Below are positions 1 to 12,823 of a DNA stretch of 64,000 bases, one piece after another. The position numbers and the translations under genes are program-made. The first letter of the stretch is position 1. Each line of letters begins with the position of its first letter. The notes under the pieces are model-generated. The model had not been told where the DNA came from, made no database searches, and saw only the letters and a program-made list of their open reading frames with translations. Source of the stretch: Mustelus asterias (taxonomy: Eukaryota); the NCBI RefSeq assembly GCF_964213995.1, contig NW_027590224.1:496001-560000 (forward strand). The letters are read 5' to 3'.

Positions 1-1510
1 GTACTGAGGGAGTGCTGCACTGTCAGAGGGTCAGGACTGAGTGAGTGCTGCACTGTGGGAGGGTCAGTACTGAGGGAGTGCCGCACTGTCAGAGGGTCAG
101 AAATGAGGGAGTGCTGCACTGTCAGAGGGTCAGTACTGAGGGAGTGCCGCACTGTCAGAGGATCAGTCCAGAGGGAGTGCCCTACTGTCAGAGGGTCAGT
201 ACTCGGGTCTGCCCCATTTTCAGAGGGTCAGTACAGAGGGAGTGCCGCACTGTCAGAGAGTCAGTACTGAGGGAATGCTGCACTGTCAGAGGGTCAGCAT
301 TGAGGGAGTGCCGCACTGTCAGAGGGTCAGTACTGAGGCAGCTCCGCACTGTCAAAAGATCAGTACTTAGTGGGTACTGCACTGTCAGAGGGTCAGAGCT
401 GAGGGAGTGCCGCACTGTGGGAAGGTCAGTGCTGAGGGAGTGCCGCACTGTCAGAGGGTCAGTACGGAGGGAGCACCGCACTGTCAGGGGGTCAGTACTG
501 AGGGAGGGCTGCACTGTGGTAGGGTCAGTACTGAGGGAGGGCTGCACTGTGGGAGGGTCAGTGCTGAGGGAGTGCTGCACTGTCAGAGGGTCAGTATTGA
601 GGGAGTGCTGTTCTGTGCGAGGGTTAGAACTGAGGAAGTGCCGCACTGTCAGACGGTCAGTACAGAGGGAGTGATGCACTGTCAAAGGGTCAGCACTGAG
701 GGAGTGCCGCACTGTTAGAGGCTCTGTATTGAGGGAGCACCGCTCTGCCAGAGGGTGTGCTGCACTGTCAGAGGGTCAGAGCTGAGGGAGTGCTGCACTG
801 TCAGAGGGTCAGGACTGAGGGGATGCCGCACAGTCAGAGGGTCAGAGCTGAGGGAGTGCTGCACTGTCAGATGGTCAGTACTGAGGGAGTGCTGCACTGT
901 CAGAGGGTCAGGACTGAGTGAGTGCTGCACTGTGGGAGGGTCAGTACTGAGGGAGTGCCGCACTGTCAGAGGGTCAGAAATGAGGGAGTGCTGCACTGTC
1001 AGAGGGTCAGTACTGAGGGAGTGCCGCACTGTCAGAGGATCAGTCCAGAGGGAGTGCCCTACTGTCAGAGGGTCAGTACTCGGGTCTGCCGCATTTTCAG
1101 AGGGTCAGTACAGAGGGAGTGCCGCACTGTCAGAGAGTCAGTACTGAGGGAATGCTGCACTGTCAGAGGGTCAGCATTGAGGGAGTGCCGCACTGTCAGA
1201 GGGTCAGTACTGAGGCAGCGCCGCACTGTCAAAAGATCAGTACTTAGTGGGTACTGCACTGTCAGAGGGTCAGAGCTGAGGGAGTGCCGCACTGTGGGAA
1301 GGTCAGTGCTGAGGGAGTGCCGCACTGTCAGAGGGTCAGTACGGAGGGAGCACCGCACTGTCAGAGGGTCAGTACTGAGGGAGCGCCGCACTGTCAGGGG
1401 GTCAGTACTGAGGGAGGGCTGCACTGTGGTAGGGTCAGTACTGAGGGAGGGCTGCACTGTGGGAGGGTCAGTGCTGAGGGAGTGCTGCACTGTGGGAGGG
1501 TCAGTACTGA
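1..1510 (+). repeat. 33-bp minisatellite array (gtactgagggagtgctgcactgtcagagggtca)n with an 877-bp higher-order duplication
   Basis: Unit read directly and gives 11-aa periodic ORFs. Variant units recur 877 bp apart (e.g. cagtactcgggtctgcc at ~197 and ~1074). Confidence 0.95.
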
Positions 1511-3794
1511 CTGACTCTCCTGGTCTCTACTTTCTCTCCTTCCATGTCAGAAGTGAAGTTTCCCTGGAATGTGCACTTGGATCGAGACTGGAACAGTCTG
1601 GATATTGTGGAGAAAAGTGGAGGGGCTATTAACTTAGCAAGGGTTTCCCTTTAAAAAGGGTTTCCCTTTTTAGCAATGTGATATACAAGGAAACCTCGAA
1701 CAAAATGTTTTAACTCATTTACAGGATGTGGTGTCACTGGCGAGTCCAGCATCTCTAATTGCCCCTTGAGAAGGTGGTGGGTGAACGCCTTCTTGAACCG
1801 CTGCAGTTATGAGGTGTAGCTACACACACTGTGCTGTTCGGGAAATTGGAAATCAGGAGATACTTGGCAACATGGGGAGCCGTGTGGATTTTTAAGGCTG
1901 GGGATTCTTAACAGTAAATTGCTGAGAATCGGAATCTGTTGTCGAGAAGTATGAGACAGAGTCTTATTCACCATTAAAATAGAACAGAGCATGACGGGGA
2001 AATGAACTGAACTGCCGCAAAAAGATGGCCCTGGTTCTTATTAACTGAAATGCAAATAAAGGAACCTGTTGGTATCCGGGATGTAAAAGACAGGCAGCTT
2101 GCTGAACTGGTTTGTTTCTGCTTTGAACAAAATGTAAATAGAATCGCCCTCCTGGCACAGGCGACAAGAGACAGATACTGATCTCACCCTCCAACCATCA
2201 TGGCTCCTTTTCCATCCATTTCCCATTGCTCCCACCCCATTCCCCCCACCTCCCCCACCCTCTCACCTACTCACCCCACCCTTACCCTCTCCCCCACTCT
2301 CCCTCGTCCCAACATTGCTGCATTCTGTACCCTCCTGACCGTCCCTGCAGCTCCTTTCCATCCATTCCCCCGGATAAGGAGCTGAATGGAGGTGAAGGAA
2401 AGTTTCTCCCAGCCTGGATCCATTCTGGGATCTTCCTATCAGGTATAACATCAACTGGGATCGCAACAAAGGGAATGGCTGGGACTGTCAGTATCTCAGA
2501 GCCCGGGGGAACGAGGAGGATCTGGGGGAAACTTTCTTTGATCTTCACCAGGATTCAGCTCTTTATTGCCTGTCTTTCTCTAAACTGGTTCCATCTCGGC
2601 AAGGATCCCGAAATCAGTCCCATTCCCGGACTTGAGCACGAAAACCAAGACGGACATGTCTCTTGTAGCAGAGAGTCCATTTCAGAAAGTATTTCATTGA
2701 CTCTGAAGCACTTTGAGAAATCTGGTGTTCCTGGAAATCGCAACATAAAACTGAGGAACAGAAATGTGTTTGAATGAAAGATCAGCACTGCAATATTAAC
2801 TGACTTTTCCTCTCGGCCTGACCTGCTGTGTGTTAGCTTTATTTTAGATTTCCATTATCCACAATATTTTCCTTTTCTGTTCAATGTTTAGCCTCAAACA
2901 ATCACCAGAGTGTGTGTTACATTAACAACAGTCAGTCGCTGCTGATCACAGCTCCACTGGAACCTGTGCGGTTCCCCCTCCAACAATCGCTGTTTCTCAG
3001 GAGCTGTTCCCGGCTGGACCTGAAACTCCCAGTGATCCGGGATCACACTGGACCCTCACAGTAAACACTGCGTCCTTTAACTGTCTCAATTCCCACTCCA
3101 AGAAAAAATATCTACACGTGTCTTGAGAGAGGCTCAGATTTCCTTTGCTGGATTTTTTTCTGTTGTGAAATGTTTGGATGAAGCTCAGTATTAACTCCGG
3201 GAATATCAGGCCAGCTCTGTCAGAATGGGAAAGGAAAGCAAAGATTTCCCCCACCCACCTCCCACCCACAGCTCAGCAACAAAAAAACCCGACAAATTGA
3301 ACAAACTCTTTCTGGGTGTCACTGGCTAGACCAGCATTTATTGCCCATCTCTAATTGCCCCTTGAGAAAGTGGTGGTGAGCTGCCTTCATGAACCACTGC
3401 ACTTTATGTGGTGTAGGTACACCTACAGTGCTGTTAGGGAAGTGGGGAATCATAGAATACTTAGCAACATGGGGAGCCGGTGGGGTGTAAGGGATGGGAA
3501 GTTTTAACAGTAAATGGCTGATAATCACAATTTAATATTGAGAAGTATGAGACGGAGAGTCATGTTCATAATAAAACAGAGAATAAAGCAATTAAATTGT
3601 GGGAGGGAATTGAATCAGCCTCAGCCAGATGGCCAATAAGTCGTTAAATAATGGATAAGCAAAAAAAAAAGCAAATACAGGATATAAAACCAGGCAGCTG
3701 CTCAACAGGTGCAACAGGACATTTCAGCATTGAACCCAATTTCAGCCGAGTTGTCTTCCAGACACAGACAGATACTCATCTCACCCTCCCCACC

Positions 3795-3995
3795 CTGATC
3801 CCCCCACCCTCACAGGGGAAAGACCCCCACACTGATCCCCCCGCCCTCACAGGGGAAAGACCCCCACACTGATCCCCCCACCCTCACAGGGGAAAGAGAC
3901 CCACACTGATCCCCCCACCCTCACAGGGGAAAGACCCCCACACTGATCCCCCCACCCTCACAGGGGAAAGAGACCCACACAGATCCCCCCCTTTC
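3795..3995. repeat. ~37-38-bp tandem repeat (cccccaccctcacaggggaaagacccccacactgatc), ~5 copies
   Basis: Directly visible tandem copies. Confidence 0.85.
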
Positions 3996-3997
3996 CC

Positions 3998-4325
3998 CCC
4001 GGCTCTGAGACACTGACAGTACCTGCAGCTCATTTCCATCCATTCCGCACACAGGGACCAGCTCGGAGACTCCACACTGAGAGCAGGAGGGACACAAACA
4101 CATTTACTGTCACGCTGAGCAGGAAATGGGGCGGGACCTGCTGCGGTTCCATTCACACAGAGAGGCGGTGCTGACCATCCCCGCTCTCCCCTCCCTCTCC
4201 CCGGGTGTGGGCTGGACAGTTTCCCGGGAGCCGGCACTCGGATTGTTGTTTCACTCCAATCCCTTCAGCGGAAAAGCAGCTTTTAACCCGGCTTTTCCTG
4301 ACAGAGGCTGGGACATTATTCCTCT
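3998..4325 (-). promoter_or_regulatory. Copy A of the B7-like gene promoter/first-exon module, with intact ATG-MDGNELQ and donor CAG|GTACTG at 4023/4022
   Basis: Near-identical reverse complement of 52267-52600; GC box (cccgcccc), ETS-like atttcctg, strong Kozak ATG. Confidence 0.6.
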
Positions 4326-4871
4326 CTCCCCCCTGTGTGTCTCTCTCTCTGGAAGGACTGGTGCTTCTCTCCAGGTGCATCTGCGGTTCTCTCCCTGTCT
4401 CCCCGACTCAGAGCTGATCCCTGTGTGGGGGGAATGGATGGAAAGGAGCTGCAGCTACTGTCAGTGTCTCAGAGCCGGGGGGAAAGGGGGGGGATCTGGG
4501 GGAAACTTTCCTTCATCCTCACCCCCATTCAGCTCTTTATTCAAAATAAACTCTGGGGGATGGTGGGAATCTGAAATGCTGCAATTTCTCAGCAGCCCAG
4601 AGAGAGAATCTGTGGAGAGAGAAATAGAGTTAATGTTTAAACCAGCCCCGTCCCCGACCCACAACTCAATGTAGGAATCGTTTCAGTCACCAACCCTCAC
4701 CACAAGTAAAAACAGCTACAGTTTCTATGATTCACAACTGCCCTTTCCATTTTCAAACAGATAGAGTGAAACCAGGACAACTCACCCAGAAACCGCACCC
4801 ACAGCATCAGATCTCAAGCCCCTCAGCCCCACAAACTCATTTCAGAATCGAAACACAACATCACAGACACC

Positions 4872-6651
4872 CTGGCCACGATTCCCCTAAAAACGCTGAA
4901 TTGGTGTGAAAACTGTTGTAAATCCTGACTGTTTTCTCAGTTCAGCTTCTCACCCGAATCTCTGCACTCTGTGCACTGCAGAGGTCCCAATGGTGAATAT
5001 AATTAAACGCTGGGCGCTGTGGGTGGGGCCGATTCAGCCAAACAGCCTGAAATCGGTGGGATGATCGGGAATCCGCGCATGCGCACATCGCTGGGAGATC
5101 GCGGAAAAGACCCCCCAGCATCCAGATCACTGCCATCCCCCCCCCACAGACATCGCTGTCCCCCCCCCCCCACCACCCCCCACAGACATCGCTGCCTCAT
5201 CGCTGCCCCCACAACCCCCCCCCACCACCCCCCACAGACATCGCTGCCTCATCGCTGCCCCCACAACCCCCCCCCACCACCCCCCCACAGACATCGCTGC
5301 CTCATCGCTGCCCCCACAACCCCCCCCCACCACCCCCCACAGACATCGCTGCTCCACCCCCCACAGACATCGCTGCCTCATCGCTGCCCCGCCCCCAACA
5401 GACATCGCTGCCCCCACAACCCCCCCCCCACCACCCCCCACGGACATCGCTGGCCCCCACAACCCCCCCCCCCACCCCCCACGGACATCGCTGGCCTCAT
5501 CGCTGGCCCCCACAACCCCCCCACACAGAGACATCGCTAGTCTCATCACTGCCCCCCGCCCCCCTTCCCCCCACACACAGACATTGCTGCCCGCTCACCT
5601 CATGCCCCCACGGATCCGGATACTGCGGGTATCCAATCCCTCCATTCCTTGAACAAACTGTCCTCACTGCTGCCCTGCAGAAACTAGCGCTGACATGCAC
5701 AACCCCAGCTCGTGATCATTCCCTCTCTTGAATGGGAGCCTTGAGAACTGCACCCCCCCCCCCCCCCCCGCACCCTGGACACAGCAGCTAATCGATTAGG
5801 AGCCCTGGGTATTGCACCCCCCTGGACACAGCAGCCAATCAGCACCGTGAGGGATGCATGACATTCACTGAGGGGTACATGGCACCTATGACCAACTCAG
5901 AACCACATAACAGTGCGAATTATGCCGGGCGCAAGTGTACAGGTGGAGGGGGCAGACCTCCCGACTAAGGAGCTGGGCCCATTCCCCGATGACATGTGGT
6001 TCTGAGTTGGTCATAGGTACCATGTTTGGACCTGGCATCCGACCAAAAGGGGGGAATGAAGTCAGGAATGGGTTAATAAACTTCAAAACTCAAAGTGTCA
6101 AAGTGACCTCTGTGATATTTAGAGCTTGTATGAGAAGTGCTGTAGAATTCATTGTTTTGGTTAGAATTCATTGTTTCTTACATTCGGACCAGATAAGGGA
6201 AAACCGTTGCCTCCTGAATGTATATCAGATTAACTTGTTTGTGCAAAACCTGTAATATTGTTTCAAGGCAATGATGAACGATCGCAGCCTTGGAGATTGC
6301 TCATAGAGCGGGAATCTGTATACCAAGGGGTATAAAACTCTGTTCTTACTTGTGTTCGAAGAGAAGGCTGGGGGTCCACTGTTAGGAACCTCGCTTCTCC
6401 CACAATTGTGAAAATAGAGCTGCACTTTGATCCACTAATAGTGTCAGAGGTTTTTACCTAAACAGTATGTAAAGTCACGCTAATCAGTGGCCTGCCGGTT
6501 TTCTGCACGTCCTCGGCGGCACCATTTTTCTCCGGCTGGGAGATGAGCGTGGGTCGTAAAAGCTGGCGGGGAACCTGCGAAATGGCCAACACGCATCTCC
6601 CGGCCCGGCCCGCCAGAAAAGCTGTGGGTCGTGATTGGAGAATTGAGGCCC
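4872..6651. mobile_element. Putative non-autonomous DNA transposon/MITE-like element with imperfect GC-rich termini and internal C-rich gacatcgctgcc repeats (5140-5590)
   Basis: Ends tggccacgattcccc and ggagaattgaggccc resemble imperfect TIRs of the type at 15455-16600 and 18322-19022; no clear TSD. Confidence 0.3.
6023..6463 (+). mobile_element. Possible solo-LTR-like segment
   Basis: TGTTTGG...CCTAAACA termini and TATA-like gggtataaaa at ~6328. No matching TSD, so the 5' boundary is uncertain. Confidence 0.3.
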
Positions 6652-6678
6652 CTGTCTCAATACACACACTCAGCTATA

Positions 6679-7860
6679 CAGTACTGACCCTCTGGCAGTG
6701 CAGCACTCCCTCAGCACTGACCCTCTGACAGTGCGGCACTCCCTCACTACTGACCCTCTGACAGTGCGGCACTCCCTCAGTACTGACCCTCTGATAGTGC
6801 AGCACTCCCTCAGCACTGACCCTCTGACAGTGCGGCACTCCCTCAGTACTGACCCTCTGACAGTGCAGCACTCCCTCAGTACTGACCCTCTGACAGTGCA
6901 GCACTCCCTCAGTACTGACCCTCTGATAGTGCAGCACTCCCTCAGTACTGACCCTCTGACAGTGCGTCACTCCCTCAGTACTGACCCTCTGACAGTGCGG
7001 CACTCCCTCAGTACTGACCCTCTGATAGTGCAGCACTCCCTCAGTACTGACCCTCTGACAGTGCGTCACTCCCTCAGTACTGACCCTCTGACAGTGCGGC
7101 ACTCCCTCAGTACTGACCCTCTGACAGTGCGGCACTCCCTCAGTACTGACCCTCTGACAGTGTGGCACTCACTCAGTACTGACCCTCTGACAGTGCGGAG
7201 CTCCCTCAGCACTGACCCTCTGACAGTGCAGCACTCCCTCAGTACTGACCTTCTGACAGTGCAGCACTCCCTCAGTACTGAACCTCTGACAGTGCAGCAC
7301 TCCCTCAGCACTGACCCTCTGACAGTGTGGCACTCCCTCAGTACTGACCCTCTGACAGTGCAGCACTCCCTCAGTACTGACCCTCTGACAGTGCGGCACT
7401 CCCTCAGTACTGACCCTCTGACAGTGCGGCACTCCCTCAGTACTGACCCTCTGACAGTGCGGCACTCCCTCAGTACTGACCCTCTGACAGTGCAGCACTC
7501 CCTCAGCACTGGCCCTCTGGCAGTGCAGCACTCCCTCAGTACTGGCCCTCTGACAGTGCAGCACTCCCTCAGCACTGACCCTCTGACAGTGCAGCACTCC
7601 CTCAGTACTGGCCCTCTGACAGTGCAGCACTCCCTCAGCACTGACCCTCTGACAGTGCAGCACTCCCTCAGCACTGACCCTCTGACAGTGCAGCACTCCC
7701 TCAGTACTGGCCCTCTGACAGTGCAGCACTCCCTCAGTACTGGCCCTCTGACAGTGCAGCGCTCCCTCAGCACTGACCCTCTGACAGTGCAGCACTCCCT
7801 CAGTACTGACCCTCTGACAGTGCGGCACTCCCTCAGCACCGACCCTCTGACAGCGCGGCG
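6679..7860 (-). repeat. 33-bp minisatellite array, same unit as 1-1510 but inverted, ~36 units and more homogeneous
   Basis: (cagtactgaccctctgacagtgcagcactccct)n read directly. Confidence 0.95.
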
Positions 7861-8844
7861 CTTCCTCAGTTGTTGCTTTTTCAATATCTGAGACACATTG
7901 ACCATCCTTGTTGATGTGGCTTTTTAACCGGACACAGTTTCCCCGCTTTATTATAATTGCTGCTTGTTCCCTCTTTCCCGGTGAGCAGAGGTGGGAATTC
8001 CAGTCTCTGAAAACTAGGTTGACATCCAGCAGGGAACTGATGCCCGATGGGAGCGGAGAGTGAACCCACCCTGCGTGGTATCTAGCCGGACCCTCCTGGT
8101 CGGGTGTTGTTAGTCAGGCTCTGGACCTGTCCAGATAAAAAGAGTCTTCCTTATGGAGCACAATCTACTGGATGTAAAAGCAGTGGAAGGAATGAGCTTC
8201 ATCTTTACAATGATATGTTCATTCTCGAGATGTGGGTGCCTCTGGCAAGGCTGATATTTATTGTCCGTCCGAGATGTCCCTTGAGAAGGTGGTGATGGGG
8301 CTTCTTCTTCAACGGTTTCAGTCCCGTGTGGTGAAGGTGCTCCCACGGTGCCGTTAGGGAGGGAGCTCCAGGATTTTAACCCAGTGACGATTAAGGATAT
8401 ATCTCCAAGTCGGGACGGTGTGTGAGTATTATGGGATGTGGGATATTGAAACCGGCTCCAGCAGTAAACAATGAGTGGGCTGGTTTGGAGAAACTGGAGG
8501 GAAAATGGCCTGTGAAGGGGCAGGTGGAGTGAGCTCCGATGGACAGACTCCATCTAGGTCTGATGGTCGTCACGGTAACGAATCACTGACGGAGGATGAA
8601 TGCATGGGTGGCAGGGTAAACACCTGCCAGTTGCAAACTGATCATTTCCATCAACCTTTAAAGGTCATTGAAGTGGGGAAAACATGGAGAGGGGTACACA
8701 ACATGGCTGCCTGGCCCATAAACGGTCACCTGGGAAAAGAGACATTAAACAGGCACTGACTTTTAGTGCAGACAGTTATTTAAAGTTAAAACATGCAGGG
8801 AACAAATGCTGCAGGAAACCAGGGCTTGAGGCACTTTTAGATAT

Positions 8845-9267
8845 CTTCCAGCTGAAAGATTTGTCCTCGACCGAGTGTTGCAGACTGGCACATTCCAAGG
8901 TCCAGGACTACGTGCTCAGGGACGCGCTCAAGCTTGGGGCAGCCGCCACAAAGGCGCAATGGGGAAAGGCCACCGTGTAAAGCGTCTCAACCGAGGCAGA
9001 CCGAGGGCCCGGTAACTGCAGAATACCCTCGGCCTGCGTAACTGTGTGCCAATCTGCAAAATAACGGCACACAGTAAACTCTGATGTATGTATATAGTTT
9101 TAAGGAATGAAATGTAATGAATGTAATGTCATGTAAATAAGCATCGTATTGTACTGTAACAATGATTCTTTTTTGCACTGTTTGTAATTTTTGGATCTGT
9201 CGTTTTGCAATGGTTTATTTGAGAGTTTTTTTAATGAATAAAGTCTATTTTTGAAATGAAAAAAATG
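8845..9267 (+). mobile_element. 3' end of an L1/Tx1-type LINE
   Basis: ORF2-like C-terminus ECCRLAHSKVQDYVLRDALKLGAAATKAQWGKATV*, AT-rich 3' UTR, aataaa and A-rich tail. Confidence 0.6.
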
Positions 9268-9822
9268 CTGTTTACTCAGTAAAACAGCTCCACTGTTTTC
9301 CGTTAACATGCAATCTAATCACAAGCCCCAGCTTTATCAGACACACATCCTTTTTACAGTTAAGATATAATCATTTCACTCGCCCCAGTTCTGACTATCG
9401 GTCGCACACACTCACCATTCTCATGAACTGAAACTCTGCAATATTTTCATTTCTGCTCAGTTTTAATTCTGGACTGGCTGTTCACTGGGGTATGTGATTG
9501 ATACACTGGAGAATTGAGCCAATTGGAATTCTCCCAGTCGGTGCAAGGGGATCCTGAGCACTGGGCGATTTATTGATATGAAGAAACTAATGCAGTGGGG
9601 ACATAGTTCCAAGCCAGGATGGCTCAGAGTGGAAATTGCGGGTGATGGGAGGTGCCTGCTGGTGTCTTTCTTGATGGTAGTGGTCACAGCTGATGAAGGA
9701 AGGTGCTGGTGAAGGAGCTTTGGCGAGTTGCGTGTGTGTGGTACACACTGTTTGGTTTCATAAATACCATCTTTACCTTGCTTGCCATAGCCATGTGACT
9801 CTGCCATGAGGTAAGCACTTTA

Positions 9823-10898
9823 GACAATAATCTCTCCCTCAAATGTCAACAAAATGAAGGAGATTGTCATCGACTTGAGGAAGTGCAGTGGAGAACATGC
9901 CCCTGTCTGCATCAATGGGAACAAAGTAGAAATGGTCAAGAGCTTCAAGTTTTTAGGTGTCCAGGTCACCAACAACCTGTCCTGGTCCCCCCATGCCGAC
10001 ACTATAGTTAAGAAAGCCCATCAACGCCTCTACTTTCTCAGAAGACAAAGTTAATTTGGTATGTCAGTTACGACTCTCTCCAACTTTTACAAATGCATCA
10101 TAGAAAGCATTCTTTCTGGTTGTATCACAGCTTGGTATGGCTCCTGCTCTGCCCAAGACCGCAAGAAACGACAAAAGGCCATGAATGTAGCCCAGTCCAT
10201 CACGCAAACCAGCCTCCCATCCATTGACTCTGTCTACACTTCCCGCTGCCTCGGCAAAGCAGCCAGCATAATTAAGGACCCCACACACCCCGGACATTCT
10301 CTCTTCCACCTTCTTCCGTCAGGAAAAAGATACAAAAGTCTGAAGTCAAGTACCAACCGACTCAAGAACAGCTTCTTCCCTGCTGCCATCAGACTTTTGA
10401 AATGGGGTAGCACAGTGGTTAGCACTGCTGCTTCACAGCTCCAGGGACCTGGGTTCGAATCCCGGCTCGGGTCGCTGTCTGTGTGGAGTTTGAACATTCT
10501 CCCTGTGTCTGCGTGGGTTTCCTCCGGGTGTTCCGGTTTCTTCCCACAGTCCAAAGATGTGCGGGCTAGGTTGATTGGCCATTCTAAATTGCCCCTTAGT
10601 GTCCCGGGGTGCATAGGTTAGAGGGATTAGTGGGTAAATATATGGGGATAGGGCCTGGGTGGGATTGTGGTCGGTGCAGACTCGATGGACCAAATGGCCT
10701 CTTTCTGCACTGTAGGATTCTATGATTCTACCTCGCATTAAGTTCATCGTCTTCTACACCCTAGCTATGACTGTAACACTACATTCTGCACCCTCCTTTC
10801 CTTCTCTGTGAACGGTATGCTTTGTATGTATAGCGTGCAAGGAGCAATACTTTTCACTGTATACTAATACATGTGACAATAATAAATCAAATCAAATC
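9823..10898 (+). mobile_element. 5'-truncated Rex1/Babar-type LINE, interrupted by a SINE
   Basis: RT C-terminal motifs KEIVID, FKFLGV, KKAHQRLYFLR, IESILSGCITAWYG, RLKNSFFPAAIRLL; tail aataaat(caaat)n. Confidence 0.8.
10404..10730 (+). mobile_element. HE1-type tRNA-derived V-SINE
   Basis: A/B-box head (ggtagcacagtggtt...ggttcgaatccc), V-domain (gggtttcctccgggtg), CR1-like tail ending gattctatgattcta. Confidence 0.9.
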
Positions 10899-11057
10899 AT
10901 CTCTGATCAGTTCAATGAAGCCTCTCACTAAGACAGATACTAATGAATAGTATCATAAATGAAAAATTGTGTCAGGAAGTGAAGAAAAATAGTTTTTTGA
11001 ACCTTGGAAATGATGTAGAGAAGACACAGAACCCAGGGACACAGATTTTCACTCACA

Positions 11058-11843
11058 ATGGCAGAACTATGAGATTGCAACAGGCTCAATTAACAAGCCT
11101 GAACCAGTAAGAATAGCCATACTTTTAACACTGCTTTTAACACTTGGTGAGGGACCACTGAAAAGTGCACACCACCCGAATTTGAGTGATGAGCAGAGAA
11201 AACAGACTGCAGAGATTTTGAAAACCTTAAAACCTTCGAGACAGACTAACTTAAACATGCAAGACCTCTCGGTGAGCGAAGGTTCAGTGAAAGATGAGAA
11301 ACTGACCTCAGGAAAGCAACAGACCTTTGTTGAAATGTGGAAGTTGTGAAATATCAGCGAGGGCGCATGTATGGTGGAGCAAACCAGGAGATAAATTACG
11401 CTGAGAGACACTCCAAGCAGACCAATTGCAGAAAAAGGGCAGGATGCAAATACTGCAGAGCACAGCAGACACAGGAAAAGGATTAAAGCAGAATAATTTC
11501 ACACAAGTGTTTGATGTGAAAGAAGCAAAATGAGCCGATTGAGTTGGCGGCTACTGGAGAGACATCAGCAGAAGAGTCTGATGAAGAAATATACACAATA
11601 AAACTGATTAGTTCAGTCAAGTCTAAAGGAGAAAAATGGTTTGTGGCTTTCGCAATGGCAGCCGCAAAGGGAGAGTATCAAATGTACAAGACATGTCAGA
11701 TAGACACTGAGGCATCGTGTAACATAATGACCTTCACAAATCTGTGTGAAGTGGTTCAACATGGCCATATGAACATAAAGCCCTCAAAAGTAAGATTGTG
11801 GCGTTATGATGATGTGATACATATACCGAGAGGGCAAAAGTAA
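11058..11843 (+). mobile_element. Degenerate Gypsy gag-protease relic
   Basis: Gag-like RIAILLT segment and aspartic protease-like CQIDTEASCNIM; stops and frameshifts. Confidence 0.55.
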
Positions 11844-12823
11844 TTTGGAAGGGGCATGGATCTCAGTGTGGGGTGATGCACAGCCAAATATAGAAGAAAA
11901 CCTAAGTCAGTCTGGAAGGCAGTGCAAAGAGAGACACGTTAAGGCACAAGGGAATATTGCAAGGTTGGCTGGCATTTATTTTAATGCAACGACTCTTCTG
12001 GGTTAGGCAGATGAATTGAGGGTGTTGATTCACACATCGTTGTGATATTGTCATCACAGAGACATGGTTGAGGGGGGCGGGACTGACAGCTCAATTTTCT
12101 GGGGTATGGAGTCTTTGGGCAAGAAGGAGGGGTGTAAGAGAGGAGGTGGTGTTGATGAGTCAATTAGTGCCATGAGCAGGGGTGATATCTTATCAGGCTC
12201 CTCAGTTGAGGCCATATGGGTGGAACTTAAACTCAAAAAAGAGGGCAATCATGTTGTTGGCTGTGTGCTATAGGCCCCCAAACAGTCAGAGGGAGCGAGA
12301 AGAGGAGATGTGCAGACAAACCTAAGGGAAGTATAAAAATTATAGGGCAATAATAGTAGGAATTTCAACTCCCCTAATATTCACTGGGATAGGCAGAGTA
12401 TGAAAGGCTTAAAGGGTTTGGAATTCTTAAAATGCATCCAAGAGAGTTTTGAGCCATCACGTAGATAGTCCTACAAGAGAGGGGGCAATATTTGATGACA
12501 TTTTAGGAAATGAAGCTGGGCAGGTGCTAGAAGTGTCAATGGGGAGCATTTCGGTGATAGTGACCATAACTTGGTGAGATTGAAGGAAAAAGAGAAAGAT
12601 GGACCGGAAATAAGGTTTCTGAACTGGTGGGGGAAAGTCGATTTTAATATGATGAGTCGAGATCTGGCAAAAGTGGACTGGGAGCAGCTATTTGTGGGAA
12701 GATCCACATCAGAGCAGTCAGAGTCTTTCAAAAAGGAAATAGGGAGAGAGTATAGGCCAACATGTTCCCATAAAGGTAAAGGGTGGAACCAAAAAGTCCA
12801 GAGAAGCTGCATGTCAAGGGATA

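Noticed and set aside
4219-4232. STAT/GAS and NF-kB-like sites in the promoter module (ttcccgggag; gggaaactttcc at ~4500 and ~48815)
   Set aside because: Both deviate from consensus spacing, so they cannot be supported from sequence alone.
45-7905. Long Cys/His-rich ORFs (HCQRVSTEGV repeats) resembling zinc-finger or metal-binding proteins
   Set aside because: They are translations of the 33-bp minisatellite, open in several frames on both strands.
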